Assembly: GCF_006345805.1 (NCBI RefSeq)
Contig: NC_043003.1
Span: forward strand, 9,238,001 to 9,302,000
From: Octopus sinensis
Lineage: Eukaryota
DNA: 64,000 nt
Direction of reading: 5' to 3'
Numbering within the stretch: the first letter of the stretch is position 1; every line of letters starts with the position of its first letter. Shown in pieces: positions 42,688 to 54,505 of this stretch. The notes under the pieces are model-generated. The model was not told where the DNA came from, did no database searches, and saw nothing but the letters and a program-made list of their open reading frames with translations. Both the position numbers and the translations under genes were made by a program.

Positions 42688-43019
42688 GTGTGGCTCAGTG
42701 GTTAGAGCGTCGAGCTTACGATCGTGAGGTTGTGAGCTCGAATCCCGGACCGGGCTGCATGATGTGTTCTTGAGCAAGATACTTTATTTCACGTTGCTCC
42801 AGTTCACTCAACTGTAGAAATGAGTTGGCACGTCACAGGTGCCAAGCTGTATCGGCCCTCGCCTTTCCCTTGGACAACATCGGTGACGTGGAGAGGGGAG
42901 GCCGGTATGCATGGGCGACTGCTGGTCTTCCATAAAACAACCTTGCCCAGACTTGTGCCTCAGAGGGTAACTCTCTAGGTGCAAACCCATGGTCAGCGTC
43001 TGACCGAAGGGGGTCACCA

Positions 43020-43020
<1 letters not shown>
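42688..43020 (+). mobile_element. tRNA-headed SINE sharing the family D body
   Basis: TGGCTCAGTGG A box, GAGCTCGAATCCC B box, TTTCACGTTGCTCCAGTTCACTC body, different 3' part. Confidence 0.75.
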
Positions 43021-43062
<42 letters not shown>

Positions 43063-43063
<1 letters not shown>

Positions 43064-43330
43064 CTACATCATGATAGATCGCTAGCCACTACACATTCTT
43101 TATTTTCTTTCCTTGTTTCTTTCTGTGGAAGTGCGTAGGCTAGAAACGTTAGAGACTTTTTCACTTCCCGAGCGTTATACTCATACATCCATTTGTTGTC
43201 TACACCACCTGTCTCCATGAAAGAGGCATTTGTGAGGTGAATTTTTGTGATTTTGTTTTCTAGCAAAAACTGTCCGATGAACGGCAACGGGAAACTCAGA
43301 GTAACAGATTTTGTTGAATTTTCTGCTGCT
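43063..43330 (+). mobile_element. Probable PLE pseudo-LTR fragment with two HHR-like motifs
   Basis: Bounded by (TA)n on both sides, with HHR-like motifs at ~43123-43151 (decayed) and 43270-43307. Confidence 0.5.
43270..43307 (+). ncRNA. Variant minimal hammerhead-like motif (CCGAUGA core)
   Basis: CTGT-CCGATGA-A-CG(GCAA)CG-G-GAAA-CTCAGAG-TA-ACAG: 4-bp stem I, GNRA-capped stem II, near-palindromic stem III, GUA. Confidence 0.55.
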
Positions 43331-43356
43331 TTAAATAAAGTATATATATAAATATA

Positions 43357-43427
<71 letters not shown>

Positions 43428-43430
<3 letters not shown>

Positions 43431-43579
43431 CGAATTCTCTTTTTTGCTCGGGGGATACGTTCCAGAAACTAACGTGGAAAATAAAACCGTATAAAAATTA
43501 TACAGTGTACATATGAAAATTAGAGATAGGTTCCATCCCAATATATTTAATAAAAAAATGTTAATTTTCATATACATAT

Positions 43580-43644
<65 letters not shown>

Positions 43645-44285
43645 ACAATCATTCAGTGTCACTACCACACAGTAAACATGCCCACTTTCTGTTGTTTTTC
43701 GGTGGCGCAAAATCACTCTCGTCACTGGAAATATTATGTGTATCTTTAATAAAATTAATATCTTGTGTTTTTTTGTCTCACTGCTTTTGAATACGAATTC
43801 GGTTATCAGACGCTGTGATTTTGCTTTTGTTAATTCTTTATATGATTCTTCATAACGTGCCATAATCATTTTCAAATCACGTTTTGGAATTGCACAGCTC
43901 GTTCAACATTGTTATCATTTGTAAGAAATGATCTCCAAGTTTATTGGCTACTTGGAGGTCTTCTAGAATTGTACTTGCAGATAGTGGAACCACTTCTTCA
44001 TCGTCACTGCTATAAACTATCGTGGAATCATATACATTCTCTGAAATACTCTCTATAATTTGTTCTTCATTAGGAGCTTCGTCAATTGTTAATTCTGCAA
44101 TATCTTCAATTGTTAATTCTTCAAAACCTTCTCTGCCAATCTGATGTGATGAAGTCATGATATCAGAATGTAATTCGTTCGTATTTATATTAGATACGAG
44201 ATTTTTAGGCTTTACAGTGATCTCCAGCATGCATTTAGTGTGGATGGCTTTAATTTGGATAAGGCCAAGGCAGAATATTTAACAT
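43428..44285 (-). mobile_element. pogo/Tigger-like transposase C-terminal relic
   Basis: IGREGFEELTIEDIAEL..LEDLQVANKLGDHFL and MARYEESYKEL.KAKSQRLITEF resemble Tigger/TIGD C-termini; frameshifted and interrupted by (TA)n. Confidence 0.65.
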
Positions 44286-44541
44286 ATTTCTGTCAACCAA
44301 ATCCACTCACAAGGCTTTGGTCGGCATGAAGTTATACTAGAAGACACTTGCCTAAAGTGCCACGCAATGGGACTAAACCCGGTGGTAAGCAAGCTACTTA
44401 TCACATTCCCACTCCTGCGGCTATATATATATATATATATATATATTAGAATCTTCTCTGATTTCTCAGATCTTTTGTATGCTAGATTACTGGTTTTAAA
44501 TTGATATTAAAATTAATATTAATTTATCTCCCTCATTATTT

Positions 44542-44578
<37 letters not shown>

Positions 44579-45412
44579 TTAATACATATGTATATTTCAT
44601 ATATAACAATAAAAATGTACAAATTAACAAATGAAACAACGAAAGCCTATCGTATAGCTCGTTATGTGTATTATATATATACAACTTCTACCTTTTATCA
44701 TTTACTTGTTTTAGTCATTAGACTGTTGTCAACTGGGGTACCCCCTTGAAGAATTTCTAGCCGAAAGAATCGACCCCAGTACTTTTTGTTGTATTCTCTC
44801 GATGTTTATGTCGAACGGTCAAGTTACGGAGACGTGAACACATCAACACCGGTGGCCAAGTAGTGATGGGGACAAACACAGGCACAAAGACAGACACACA
44901 CTCGATCGGCTTCTTTCAGTTTCCATCTACCAAATCCACTTATAATGCTTAGGTCGGTTCTAGGCCTTAGTAGCCGACACCTACCCAAGGCGGGACTGAA
45001 CCTGGATCTATGTGATTTGGAAGCAAATATCTTACCGCACAGCCACAGATATATAGATATATGTAGATATTTATACACCTGTCATCCACCCTCCTTCCCT
45101 CCTAGATGGCTTGTGTCTTTCGTATTACTTCTCGGAGCTTGAAAAGCTATATATTTCATCAGGCAAAAATGTTTATTCTGATGTAAGGGTTTTTAACATA
45201 ACTTATAGTGTTTTCTTGGATATTTCCATTCCAAACATTTTAGAATAAATATCGTTGTCGGATGAAACCTATATGAAACGAAACTATATACCAACACAGG
45301 AGATGCCTCATCACTTACTATGTGAATATATATATATATATATATGAATTTTTTGCGTAATGAGATAAAAAAAACAAGGATGTATAGATCTTAGAGCATT
45401 TATAGATAGAAG

Positions 45413-45464
45413 GTCTTACAGCTGTTTCTAGAATATTAATTAATAATATCTCTTCATCGGAGAC
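45413..45464 (-). ncRNA. Variant minimal hammerhead-like motif (CCGAUGA core)
   Basis: Minus strand GTCT-CCGATGA-AGAGATATTA-TTAAT-TAATATTCTA-GAAA-CAGCTG-TA-AGAC; palindromic ACAGCTGT stem III, GUA. Confidence 0.55.
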
Positions 45465-45639
45465 GGTATGAGAGGAAAAATTAAGTCATATTTAGTTTCG
45501 ATGTGATACAAATAGAGAGGGAGGTAGAGGAAAGAAAACAGATGCAAGATATGTATGGTTATTGAGTTCATAAATCCGTTTTATAGGCATAATGGTATAT
45601 GTGTAATATTCCAATATCTTTGAGTAGAATCCAAAAGTC

Positions 45640-45678
<39 letters not shown>

Positions 45679-45897
45679 TATATTAATTATTGAAGTAGAT
45701 AAATGAATTATCTTATTACGGATAATTCAAATGATAACCGATACCTGGGTAGCAAAAATCACAACAGAAAAAGAACGGTTGGGTTTACGACCATGGGGCC
45801 TAAAATTCGTGCCTAGTGCGGAAATTTGAAGTTTTATAATTAGTGTAGGAAGAAATGGAACTGACCGAAGAAGATTTAACAAAATTCATATTTTATT

Positions 45898-45981
45898 ATT
45901 TTCTACATATGTTTCAAAGGCTGCAAAGTCCCTAATCGGATGAATAAGGAGTCCATTTTGCAGCCTTCTCTTCAGGAAAAT
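45898..45981 (-). ncRNA. Minimal type I hammerhead ribozyme (left/3' PLE arm, same strand as ORF)
   Basis: Reverse-complement copy of the 48844-48929 motif with the same core, stems and GUA site; only the stem II loop differs. Confidence 0.85.
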
Positions 45982-46567
45982 CCAGGAACTTAATTCTCCA
46001 ACAAAATGCACAGCAAGCTTTCGACAAACGCTCACGAGGAGCCCATGGAATTAAATGGCACAAACTGTCTATCTATATGCGTTGACGCCAGGCTGGGTGA
46101 AAGCAGACGAAAATGTCCGTTGAGATAGTTCAAGGTCAGAATCCGGTTAGCAGAAGGGGGTACAGGAAAATCAAAGGTGTGAATGTATTCTGTATGACTG
46201 GTGTTTATATTTGAATTATTTTAAGATGAGTGCTAGAGTGTTTGAGTGTGAGAAATTGCTTTCATGTATGGGTGTGCGTCTATGTATGTGTGCAGTGTGT
46301 TTTCGAAGGCAGCAAGATAGAGAGATATAGCAGGTATTAATGGTAAGCCAACAGAAAAGACTGTGTCTGTGTGTTCGTATGTAACCACTTGATAGAGAGA
46401 GGGTTGTCCACAATGGTCATGGCGGATACAGTGCTGCTGTCAGGGATGTCAGCAGTTCTAGACAACTAGCAGTTCTTATATTAACAGGGAAGGGATATCC
46501 CCTTACAAATTTTATTCAACTTTTTTTCAATTTTCTTAGGAAATCAAGTGGTTATCTATATTAGACT

Positions 46568-47322
46568 TCATTGGTATGAGAGAAATGTATGCCGTTTCCA
46601 GTGGGGGCATCTGAAAGAATTTTGCACAATCGAGTTAACAAGGTGCCCTCGGGCGAACAGAATATGAAAGAGTTCCGAGTTACAAAGAGCACAGATTTTT
46701 TTGCCCTTATCAAACGGTAAAGACACCGATAAAATTGACCATTCCAGTCTAAAAGTTGAATTCGCGTTCTTCAAACGCCAGACTAATTTGCTTAGCCCCG
46801 AAGCGTGTTGCTTGTCCTTATCACGGAACGTGGAAAAATGGTTCGATATTCTAATGGCCAATTTCGATGATGACGCTCCGATATAAATGTAGACATCTGA
46901 ATCAGTATAAACTCTGCACTGGTAAATGGCGTTTCTAATCTTGGAGTTACTAGATAAGAACCTTAATCTATTAGGATTGGTTTCCGATATTAATACAGCG
47001 TTCTTATTACTATGATGATTGTAAAACCTACCGCTGGATTCGATATTATTCACCCCATTATCATTACTATTTAAAGCAATATTACCTGCATATTCCCTGT
47101 TACTGTGAATGCTGTGATTGATAATGTCCGTAATACTACTGTTGTTAAAACCGCTGCTAATATTATTGTTGGGACTCTCTACGTTAATGACGAGATCAGT
47201 GCTCTTATCCTTATTACCATTACTTACTCCCCCTACGTTAATGACGAGATCAGTGCTCTTATCCTTATTACTATTACTAACTCCAATGTTGGTATGGAGG
47301 TTGCTAATATCTGTGCCAGTTC

Positions 47323-47382
<60 letters not shown>

Positions 47383-48238
47383 TGCGCGTTATGTTGGCAT
47401 TTGACGGAGCAGAGTCTCCGCTCATGGGTGAGAGGGCCTTATATAGCAGCTTATTGTTATGGGAGGAAATTATCTGTGAAAGATTTTTAGTATTGGAGAA
47501 GGCTATCTTAACTTTGTGCGAATTTACAGTGGAGTAATATCTCGAATTTCTGGGAAAATTTCTGGCAATTGCTTGGCGAAACTGCAACGGTAGGTTAGAT
47601 CTTATTTGTTTACCAAAGGGAATTACAAACCAAATACAGTTTTTCCTGTTCTTGTACTGGCTCGGAGAGTCAACTCTAACATTAAGGTGGGTATCTCTGG
47701 GTTGAATAATGGGTTTTGGCCTACGATGGCCTCTCTTGGACCGCAAATTATTTATGTTATCTATATTTATGCTAGTTGTACTTGAATCGACATTCCTCAG
47801 GCTACCATCACTACTTATATTATTTATGCGATTGTAACTTGACTTATTCTGATGATAGAATGCTGGTTTCGGAAGGGCCGGGTCTATATATGCTACCTTC
47901 TCCCTATAACCGGCTTTTGACAGGGCGGCATTATAAAATTCCGCTTTCTGCCTAAAAATGTCGACGTTGGCAGATAAATTTGTTAATCTTTGAGAAATAT
48001 TTTTAACTAAATTGTCTGTTATAGTTTTTGCGTGGTTAGAGAAAACACTGACATACTTTAGGTTAGTGGAAGGTTTGTGGTAGGGGCAGTAAGAATCGCT
48101 ATGCAGGTTTAGTGTGACATCTAAGAAATTTGCCTTGGTAAGTTCGTTATCAAACTCTTTCATATTCTGTTCGCCCGAGGGCACCTTGTTAACTCGATTG
48201 TGCAAAATACTTTCAGATGCCCCCACTGGAAACGGCAT
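46568..48238 (-). CDS. PLE ORF remnant: RT thumb region + N-rich linker + C-terminal GIY-YIG endonuclease (no RT catalytic core)
   Basis: 556-aa open frame. It has NFLDVTLNL..YCPYHKP..YV..SNH..ISQRL..LS (end of RT and thumb) and NRKNCIWF..KVKIAFSN..IISSHNNK. The endonuclease reads AIYQC..YIYIG..RISNH..LSKLVWRLK..LEWSIL..CALCNSE..LVN..CPH. No YxDD is present. Confidence 0.85.
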
Positions 48239-48843
48239 ACATTTCTCTCATACAATGAAGTCTAATATAGATAACCACTTGATTTCCTAAGAAAATTGAA
48301 AAAAAGTTGAATAAAATTTGTAAGGGGATATCCCTTCCCTGTTAGTATAAGAACTGCTAGTTGTCTAGAACTGCTGACATCCCTGACAGCAGCACTGTAT
48401 CCTGCCATGACCATTGTGGACACCCCCTCTCTCTATCAAGTGGTTACATACGAACACACAGACACAGTCTTTTCTGTTGCTTGACCATTAATACCTGCTA
48501 TATCTCTCTATCTTGCTGCCTTCGAAACACACTGCCACACATACATAGACGCACACACACATACATGAAAGCAATTTCTCACACTCAAACACTCTAGCAC
48601 TCATTCTTAAAATAATTCAAATATAAACACCAGTCATACAGAATACATTCGCACTCTTTGATTTTCCTGTACCCCCTTCTGCTACCGGATTCTGACCTTG
48701 ACTATCTCAACGGACATTCTCGTCTTTTCACCCAGCCTGGCGTCAACGCATATAGATAGACAGTTTGTGCCATTTATTCCATGGCTCCTCGTGAGCGTTT
48801 GTCGAAAAGCTTGCTGTGCATTGTTGGAGAATTAAGTTCCTGG

Positions 48844-48929
48844 ATTTTCCTGAAGAGAAGGCTGCAAAATGGACTCCTTATTCAATCCGAATTAGGGACT
48901 TTGCAGCCTTTGAAACATATGTAGAAAAT
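48844..48929 (+). ncRNA. Minimal type I hammerhead ribozyme (right PLE arm)
   Basis: Stem I ATTTTC/GAAAAT, core CTGAAGA, stem II GAAGGCTGCAAA/TTTGCAGCCTTT, GAAA, palindromic stem III ACATATGT, GUA triplet (predicted cut after 48923). Confidence 0.85.
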
Positions 48930-49000
48930 AATAAAAATGAATTTTGTTAAATCTTCGTTCAGCTCCATTTCTTCCTACACTAAATATATATATATATATA

Positions 49001-49406
49001 TTTACTCTTTTACTTGTTTCAGTCATTTGACTGCGGCCATGCTGGGGCACCGCCTTTTAATCGAGCAATTCAACCCCGGGACTTATTCTTTTTTTTGTAA
49101 GCCCAGTATTTATTCTATCGGTCTCTTTTGCCGAACCGCTAAGTGACGGGGACATAAACACTCCAGCATCGGTTGTCAAGCGATGCTAGGGGGACAAACA
49201 CAGACTAAAAAACACACACACGCATATATATATATACATATATACGACGGGCTTCTTTCAGTTTCCGTCTACCAAATCCACTCACAAGGCTTTGGTCGGC
49301 CCGAGGCTATAGTAGAAGACACTTGCCGAAGGTGCCACGCAGTGGGACTGAACCCGGAACCATGTGGTTGGTAAACAAGCTACTTACCACACAGCCACTC
49401 CTGCGC
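49001..49406 (-). mobile_element. SINE family C, well preserved
   Basis: Full head-to-tail match to 50905-51300 and 58361-58793. Confidence 0.9.
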
Positions 49407-50501
49407 ATATATATATATATATATATATATATGTTCATTTATATATGCATATATTTCAATTACATATGTGTGTGGTTTTAGAAAATATGAATTCTACACA
49501 AATGTAAGAGAATAAAAATGATTACAACTTAATTAGGTTAGTGTATTTAAACTAATATGATTGATATAAACAAACACGCGCATTGTAGCACAACAGTTTC
49601 AATATCATAAAACGTAAAATAAGTAAATTGAAAAAACAGAAAACAAAATAAAAAGGGACATGAAAAACGAATTTACAACAAAACCGAGTCTATACCAGTC
49701 GAAACCTGCTGTTGACAGAATATACATGTGCCGTATATAGACATAGAACAAACGTAGGACGAAATTTATTTCTAAAAAACACATCACATAGTTAACAAGG
49801 AGAAATTGTATAAGTGGCGAACCTAAGAAATTATTTTTCTATAAATAAAGAAGTCATATATTATAAATACTGAAAATGACCCGAACCCCATACTAAAAGT
49901 AAAACATCTGAAGCAGCAAAATAAATAACAAATACCATCTGTACATTGTGGTACTCTTTTAGATGTAGAAAAGCTGAATCGCTCAGAGCTCTGTGTCTGA
50001 GCAAGAAAACAGCGTAGCACATATAAAATGATTTCTAATTTAGGTTCAAGGCTAGTAATTTAGTGGAAGAGAAACAGTCGGTTATATTATTTGGCCACTT
50101 TTCTATCGATCCCAAAAGGTTGAAATCGTTTTTGAGTAGCTTTTATGGGAGTCGAACTATTGTCAGAATTGTGAGTTAAAATATTCGAGGAAACATCAAG
50201 CAAGCAATTTGATGCACATGAATGTCTCGATGTGGGAGTCATGGGCTGATAGGCGATAGGAGGATGTATGATAGAATGCTGAAAGGATTCCATTTTTGGA
50301 AAGTGAGTAAAACTTGGTAAATGCTGGCTTACGAGATGAGTAATAGATGATGAATTTGAGTAGAGTTGGTGTCAGTGAGAGGTACAAGTAAGAATACTGG
50401 TGCAGTAAAGTCAAAATGGTAAATGATTCGGCTCTAAGAGACCAAAACTTGTACACTGAAATTTTGTACTTTAGAGTCAGAAAAAATGATGGCATTAGGA
50501 A

Positions 50502-51300
50502 GGTAAGTAGCTTGCTAACCAACCACATGGTTCCGGGTTCAGTCCCACTGCGTGGCATCTTGGGCAAGTGTCTTCTGCTATAGACCCGGGCCAACCAATG
50601 CCTTGTGAGTGGATTTGGTAGACGGAAACTGAAAGAAACCTGTCGTATATATGTATATATATATGTGTGCGTATGTGTTTGCGTGTCTGTGTTTGTTCCC
50701 CCAGCATTGCTTGACAACCGATGCTGGTGTGTTTACGTCCCCGTCACTTAGCGGTTCGGCAAAAGAGACTGATAGAATAAGTACTGGGCTTACAAAGAAT
50801 AGGTCCCGGGGTCGATTTGCTTGACTAAAGGTGGTGCTCCAGCATGGCCGCAGTCAAATGACTCAAACAAGTAAAAGAGAGTAAAAGAGAGATAGATAAA
50901 TTGTAGGCGCAGGAGTGGCTGTGTGGTAAGTAGCTTGCTTACCAATCACATGGTTCTGGGTTCAGTCCCACTGCGTGGCACCTTGGGCAAGTGTCTTCTA
51001 CTATAGCCTCGGGCCGACTAAAGCCTTGTGAGTGGATTTGGTTGACGGAAGCTGAAAGAAGCCCATCGTGTATATGTATATGTATATATATGTGTGTGTT
51101 GTGTGTCTGTTTGTCCCCCCCCCACATCGCTTCACAACCGATGCTGGTGTGTTTATCTCCGTAACTTCGGCAAAAAAGACTGATAGAACAAGTACTACGC
51201 TTACAAAGAATAAGTTCTGGAGTCGATTTCCTCGTCTAAAGGTGGTGCTCCAGTATGGCCGCAGTCAAATGACTGAAACAAGTAAAAGAAAAAATAAAAG
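50502..51300 (+). mobile_element. Two tandem SINE family C copies
   Basis: 50502-50890 and 50905-51300; GGTTCAGTCCC B-box-like head and (GTAAAAGA)n tail. Confidence 0.9.
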
Positions 51301-54271
51301 AAAAAAGAAATATAAACAGGCTGATAGATAGATAGTTAAAGAGAGAAAGAGAGAAGAAATTTGAGTTTATGTAACACGATCCCAGAATTAGTTATGTGTG
51401 TGTGTGCATGTGGAGTGGGGAGAAGGGTAGACTTTTACATTTTTCAGACAAGTCTGTTGGTGTCCTTTAGTCTTTGTCTGATCCCAACCGTTAAAAATAG
51501 ATAGGATAGTACTACTGTGACGAGAGGCTTCCGAGTGATTTCGTCCCTGCCATTGTTGCTGTTGCTTCGGAAAACTCGTATTGTCTTCGTAAATTGTCTC
51601 TGGGAGGAGTTCTCGGATCTCGAGCTTAGTAACTTGCAATGAGAACGGAATGAGTTCAGAGTTGCGCCTTGGGATCAGAAACCATGAAATTTTGTTGCTG
51701 TCGTTGTTTTTGCCCAGTTAGATCTTGTGTAGAAAGGCTTTCAACACCACATATATAACCGTTTGGTTTTCTTCCCAGGATGCTGAGTTTTCCAGTTTTC
51801 TTCTTAATATCCTTTACATGCCAACGCTCTGGTATCACATTTGTGGTCATAAAAGGGGGAAGTCTGTTCATGCTGAAACTATCTAACCACATATCCTTGA
51901 ATATTATCTCGATACTGGCTACCGACTCAAACTTTTCATGATAATGATTACAAGCCAGGGGTTGATGTCCTTATCTTTACAACTTGGTACAGTTACCTAA
52001 ATGATAACTTACAGGGAAACAACAAAAATTATATCTCCAAAGAATGAAGAACCTAATTAGCGGCCCCTAATTTGTATTTCGTTAATTCAGAAATTACTCA
52101 AAAAATATTATAAATCATATTAGTTGAACATATACGAAATTAGAATTTAATTCCTTTAGAGTAAAAGACGTATGTAGTTAAGCCATAAGGAACAATCAGC
52201 TACTTATTAACAAGTTCATGCTAGATAATATGAAAAAAATTGAGACAAATCTGTTATGTGCATTGATTGGTTATAAGAATGCCTTTAATTTAGTCCCACT
52301 CATACTTGATGAAGTTTCTTGAGCTATTGCTAAGTGATAATGTACCTGCACTTTGTTATTTGTTTGCTGCTCATGAATTGACTAAGGGTTCAGACCATTT
52401 TGTGATTGTACAAAAGAGCACACTTTCGTGGATGCCTGAAATATAATGTGAAGAAAGTTTGTTAATCATTCACCATTCAACAAGTTTCTAACCTCCAATT
52501 GAATTTTATTCTGCAAGAGATAAACAGCAAAACAGTCATCCAAATGACACATCTTAAGACAATAACGAACAATCAATCGAAAACGGTAATAACAACTGGC
52601 TGGGCTCGTGAACGTTCCACGTTTTATAAATGTTTTTATTTTCATTTTGATGCATAAATTCATAGATATGTATAATATTGTTCCATTATCATATAAAAAA
52701 TGTTTCGGTTATATCTTCGATTCTTTTCCAGAGTTAATGCTGATAAATGTGGAATACTCGAACTCACATTGTGACAAGCATTTGCAAAATATGCAAATTT
52801 CTAAAATTTCTCTATGTAGTGATTCATAATACTAGATCAGTATTTAATTTAGTGCCTCAGAAAGGGGAAATAGCATAGTTCTTAATTTGTTCTCATCTCA
52901 GCACTTGAATGACCCTTCTTTTATTAACCTTAGACTGATGAAACGCAAAGTGAATTCTGGTAAGAAGCCAAATCAGAATTTAAGGGAAAGTAACTATTTC
53001 TAAACTATTTCTAAAATTATAATTTGGTCGAGCGGTTCATTAGAAGTTCATTAGTTATGAGTGCAAGTATGATAGAAAGATTAGGAGGTTCGCTTTCCAA
53101 TAACATGGTCCTAGTTTTGTTAAATACCATCCAACATTTTGTAAGATTTTGACCATATAAGAGCAAAATTAATAATGATAACCATGGCAGGTGCCATTCT
53201 CTTCACCTATACCATTATCTGAAACTATATTCATCGCGTTCCTCCAAGATAAGAATTACCTTTATGGCAAAATACATACATAAGAAAAAATATTTTTGTA
53301 ATGAGATTGTAATATATGAATACATTTGGTATAAATATAAAAGTAGAGCGACGGAAAATCGTTTGATTCACCGCTTTAATTTTTTTCCTAATTTCTCAGG
53401 CTATAAATGATCTAACTGTTTCAGACATTGGGAGCGTGACATTTGTCACGCTCCTGATAAAGACCTATTAGTAGCATTATTCGTTTGCCTTTCTTCCACT
53501 AATGATTATTCCTCCTTCAGTTCCTTTTATCTTATGATGAAGAATATTAAATTTGAAATCACGTTTTCACGTACTACATCATAAAATAAGTTTTATTACT
53601 ATATAGGCCCATTAAAAACACCTTTTATTTTTATCATTTCGGTGTGAATCTAAATTTCGCCATATTAAAGCGTGGATTTTATTCTTTAATTACTGATTGG
53701 CAAATATACCTGCCAACTTGAAAATAAAGCGCACTTTTAGCATACTAGAAAGTCATTTCCAATGTAATATTTTCCAGTGTTCATCAAATTTGTTGTTGAA
53801 TCAATTGATTATTTTTGACACATCAAAGAACTATTCTTGTTAAGCAGTTTCACTTTGTAGTGATAGTTTGTATATAAATGCTTTATCGTCTTGTTAGGTG
53901 CTGCAGCATATATCTATTTATCATTCGTCAATGATTACTCGTGAATGTCTCCTTCGATTTATCAGTGAAGGCAAACTAAACATTTCCTGTTCGGTACGAT
54001 ATTAAAATCACAATCAAACTTAGTGTCTTTGACATGCATATTTTCAGAACAATCTGACGAAATATGTTCCTCAAATGATGTAACTAAATTTTACGTCTTA
54101 TTTTAGTATATTCTTAAAATGTATTCAAAATGGTGTTTAAGTTGATTATTACAAATATTATTTTAATTCTTTTCAAGAATATGCCTATTCTCTTTATCAA
54201 ATAAAAAAGAAAATACCACTTTAATTGCTTTAGGTTTATATACAAAAAAATAATAAATGCGCCCTTTTTAA

Positions 54272-54505
54272 AGCCTAGCCTGGCTCATGGGCCCGGTTTC
54301 CCGGTTTCCGTGGTGTATGTGCTCCTCAGCTGGATGGGACGCCAGTCCATCGCAGCGTTACTCATTATTGCTAGCTAAGTGGACTGGAGCAACGTGAAAT
54401 GAAGTGTTTTACTCAAGAACACAACGCGTCGCCCGGTCCAGGAATCAAAACCACAATCTTACGATCATGATGCTGACACCCTAACCACTAAGCCATGCGC
54501 CTCCA
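54272..54505 (-). mobile_element. tRNA-headed SINE family D
   Basis: Reverse complement of the family D head and body. Confidence 0.8.

Larger units (their letters stand above)
45677..48983 (-). mobile_element. Penelope-like retroelement, 5'-truncated, with inverted pseudo-LTR arms, inserted in (TA)n
   Basis: 45840-46674 is the reverse complement of 48153-48983 (long exact runs with scattered 1-nt differences). It encloses an RT-thumb/GIY-YIG ORF, has a hammerhead in each arm, and has (TA)n at 45644-45676 and from 48984. Confidence 0.9.

Noticed and set aside
45254-45295. Plus-strand HHR-like string GTTGT-CGGATGA..GAAA-CTATATAC-CAAC
   Set aside because: Stems II and III do not pair and the core is altered; at best a dead relic.
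47105-47537. Plus-strand ORFs inside the PLE
   Set aside because: Antisense shadows of the N-rich linker.
46568-48238. Assignment to permuted (Naiad/Chlamys) or selenoprotein PLEs
   Set aside because: The endonuclease is C-terminal and there are no in-frame TGA codons.
53898-53993. Possible 96-nt exon (TTGTTAG|..|GTACGA, open frame VLQHISIY..NISCS)
   Set aside because: Weak donor, unrecognised peptide, no partner exons; compatible with chance.
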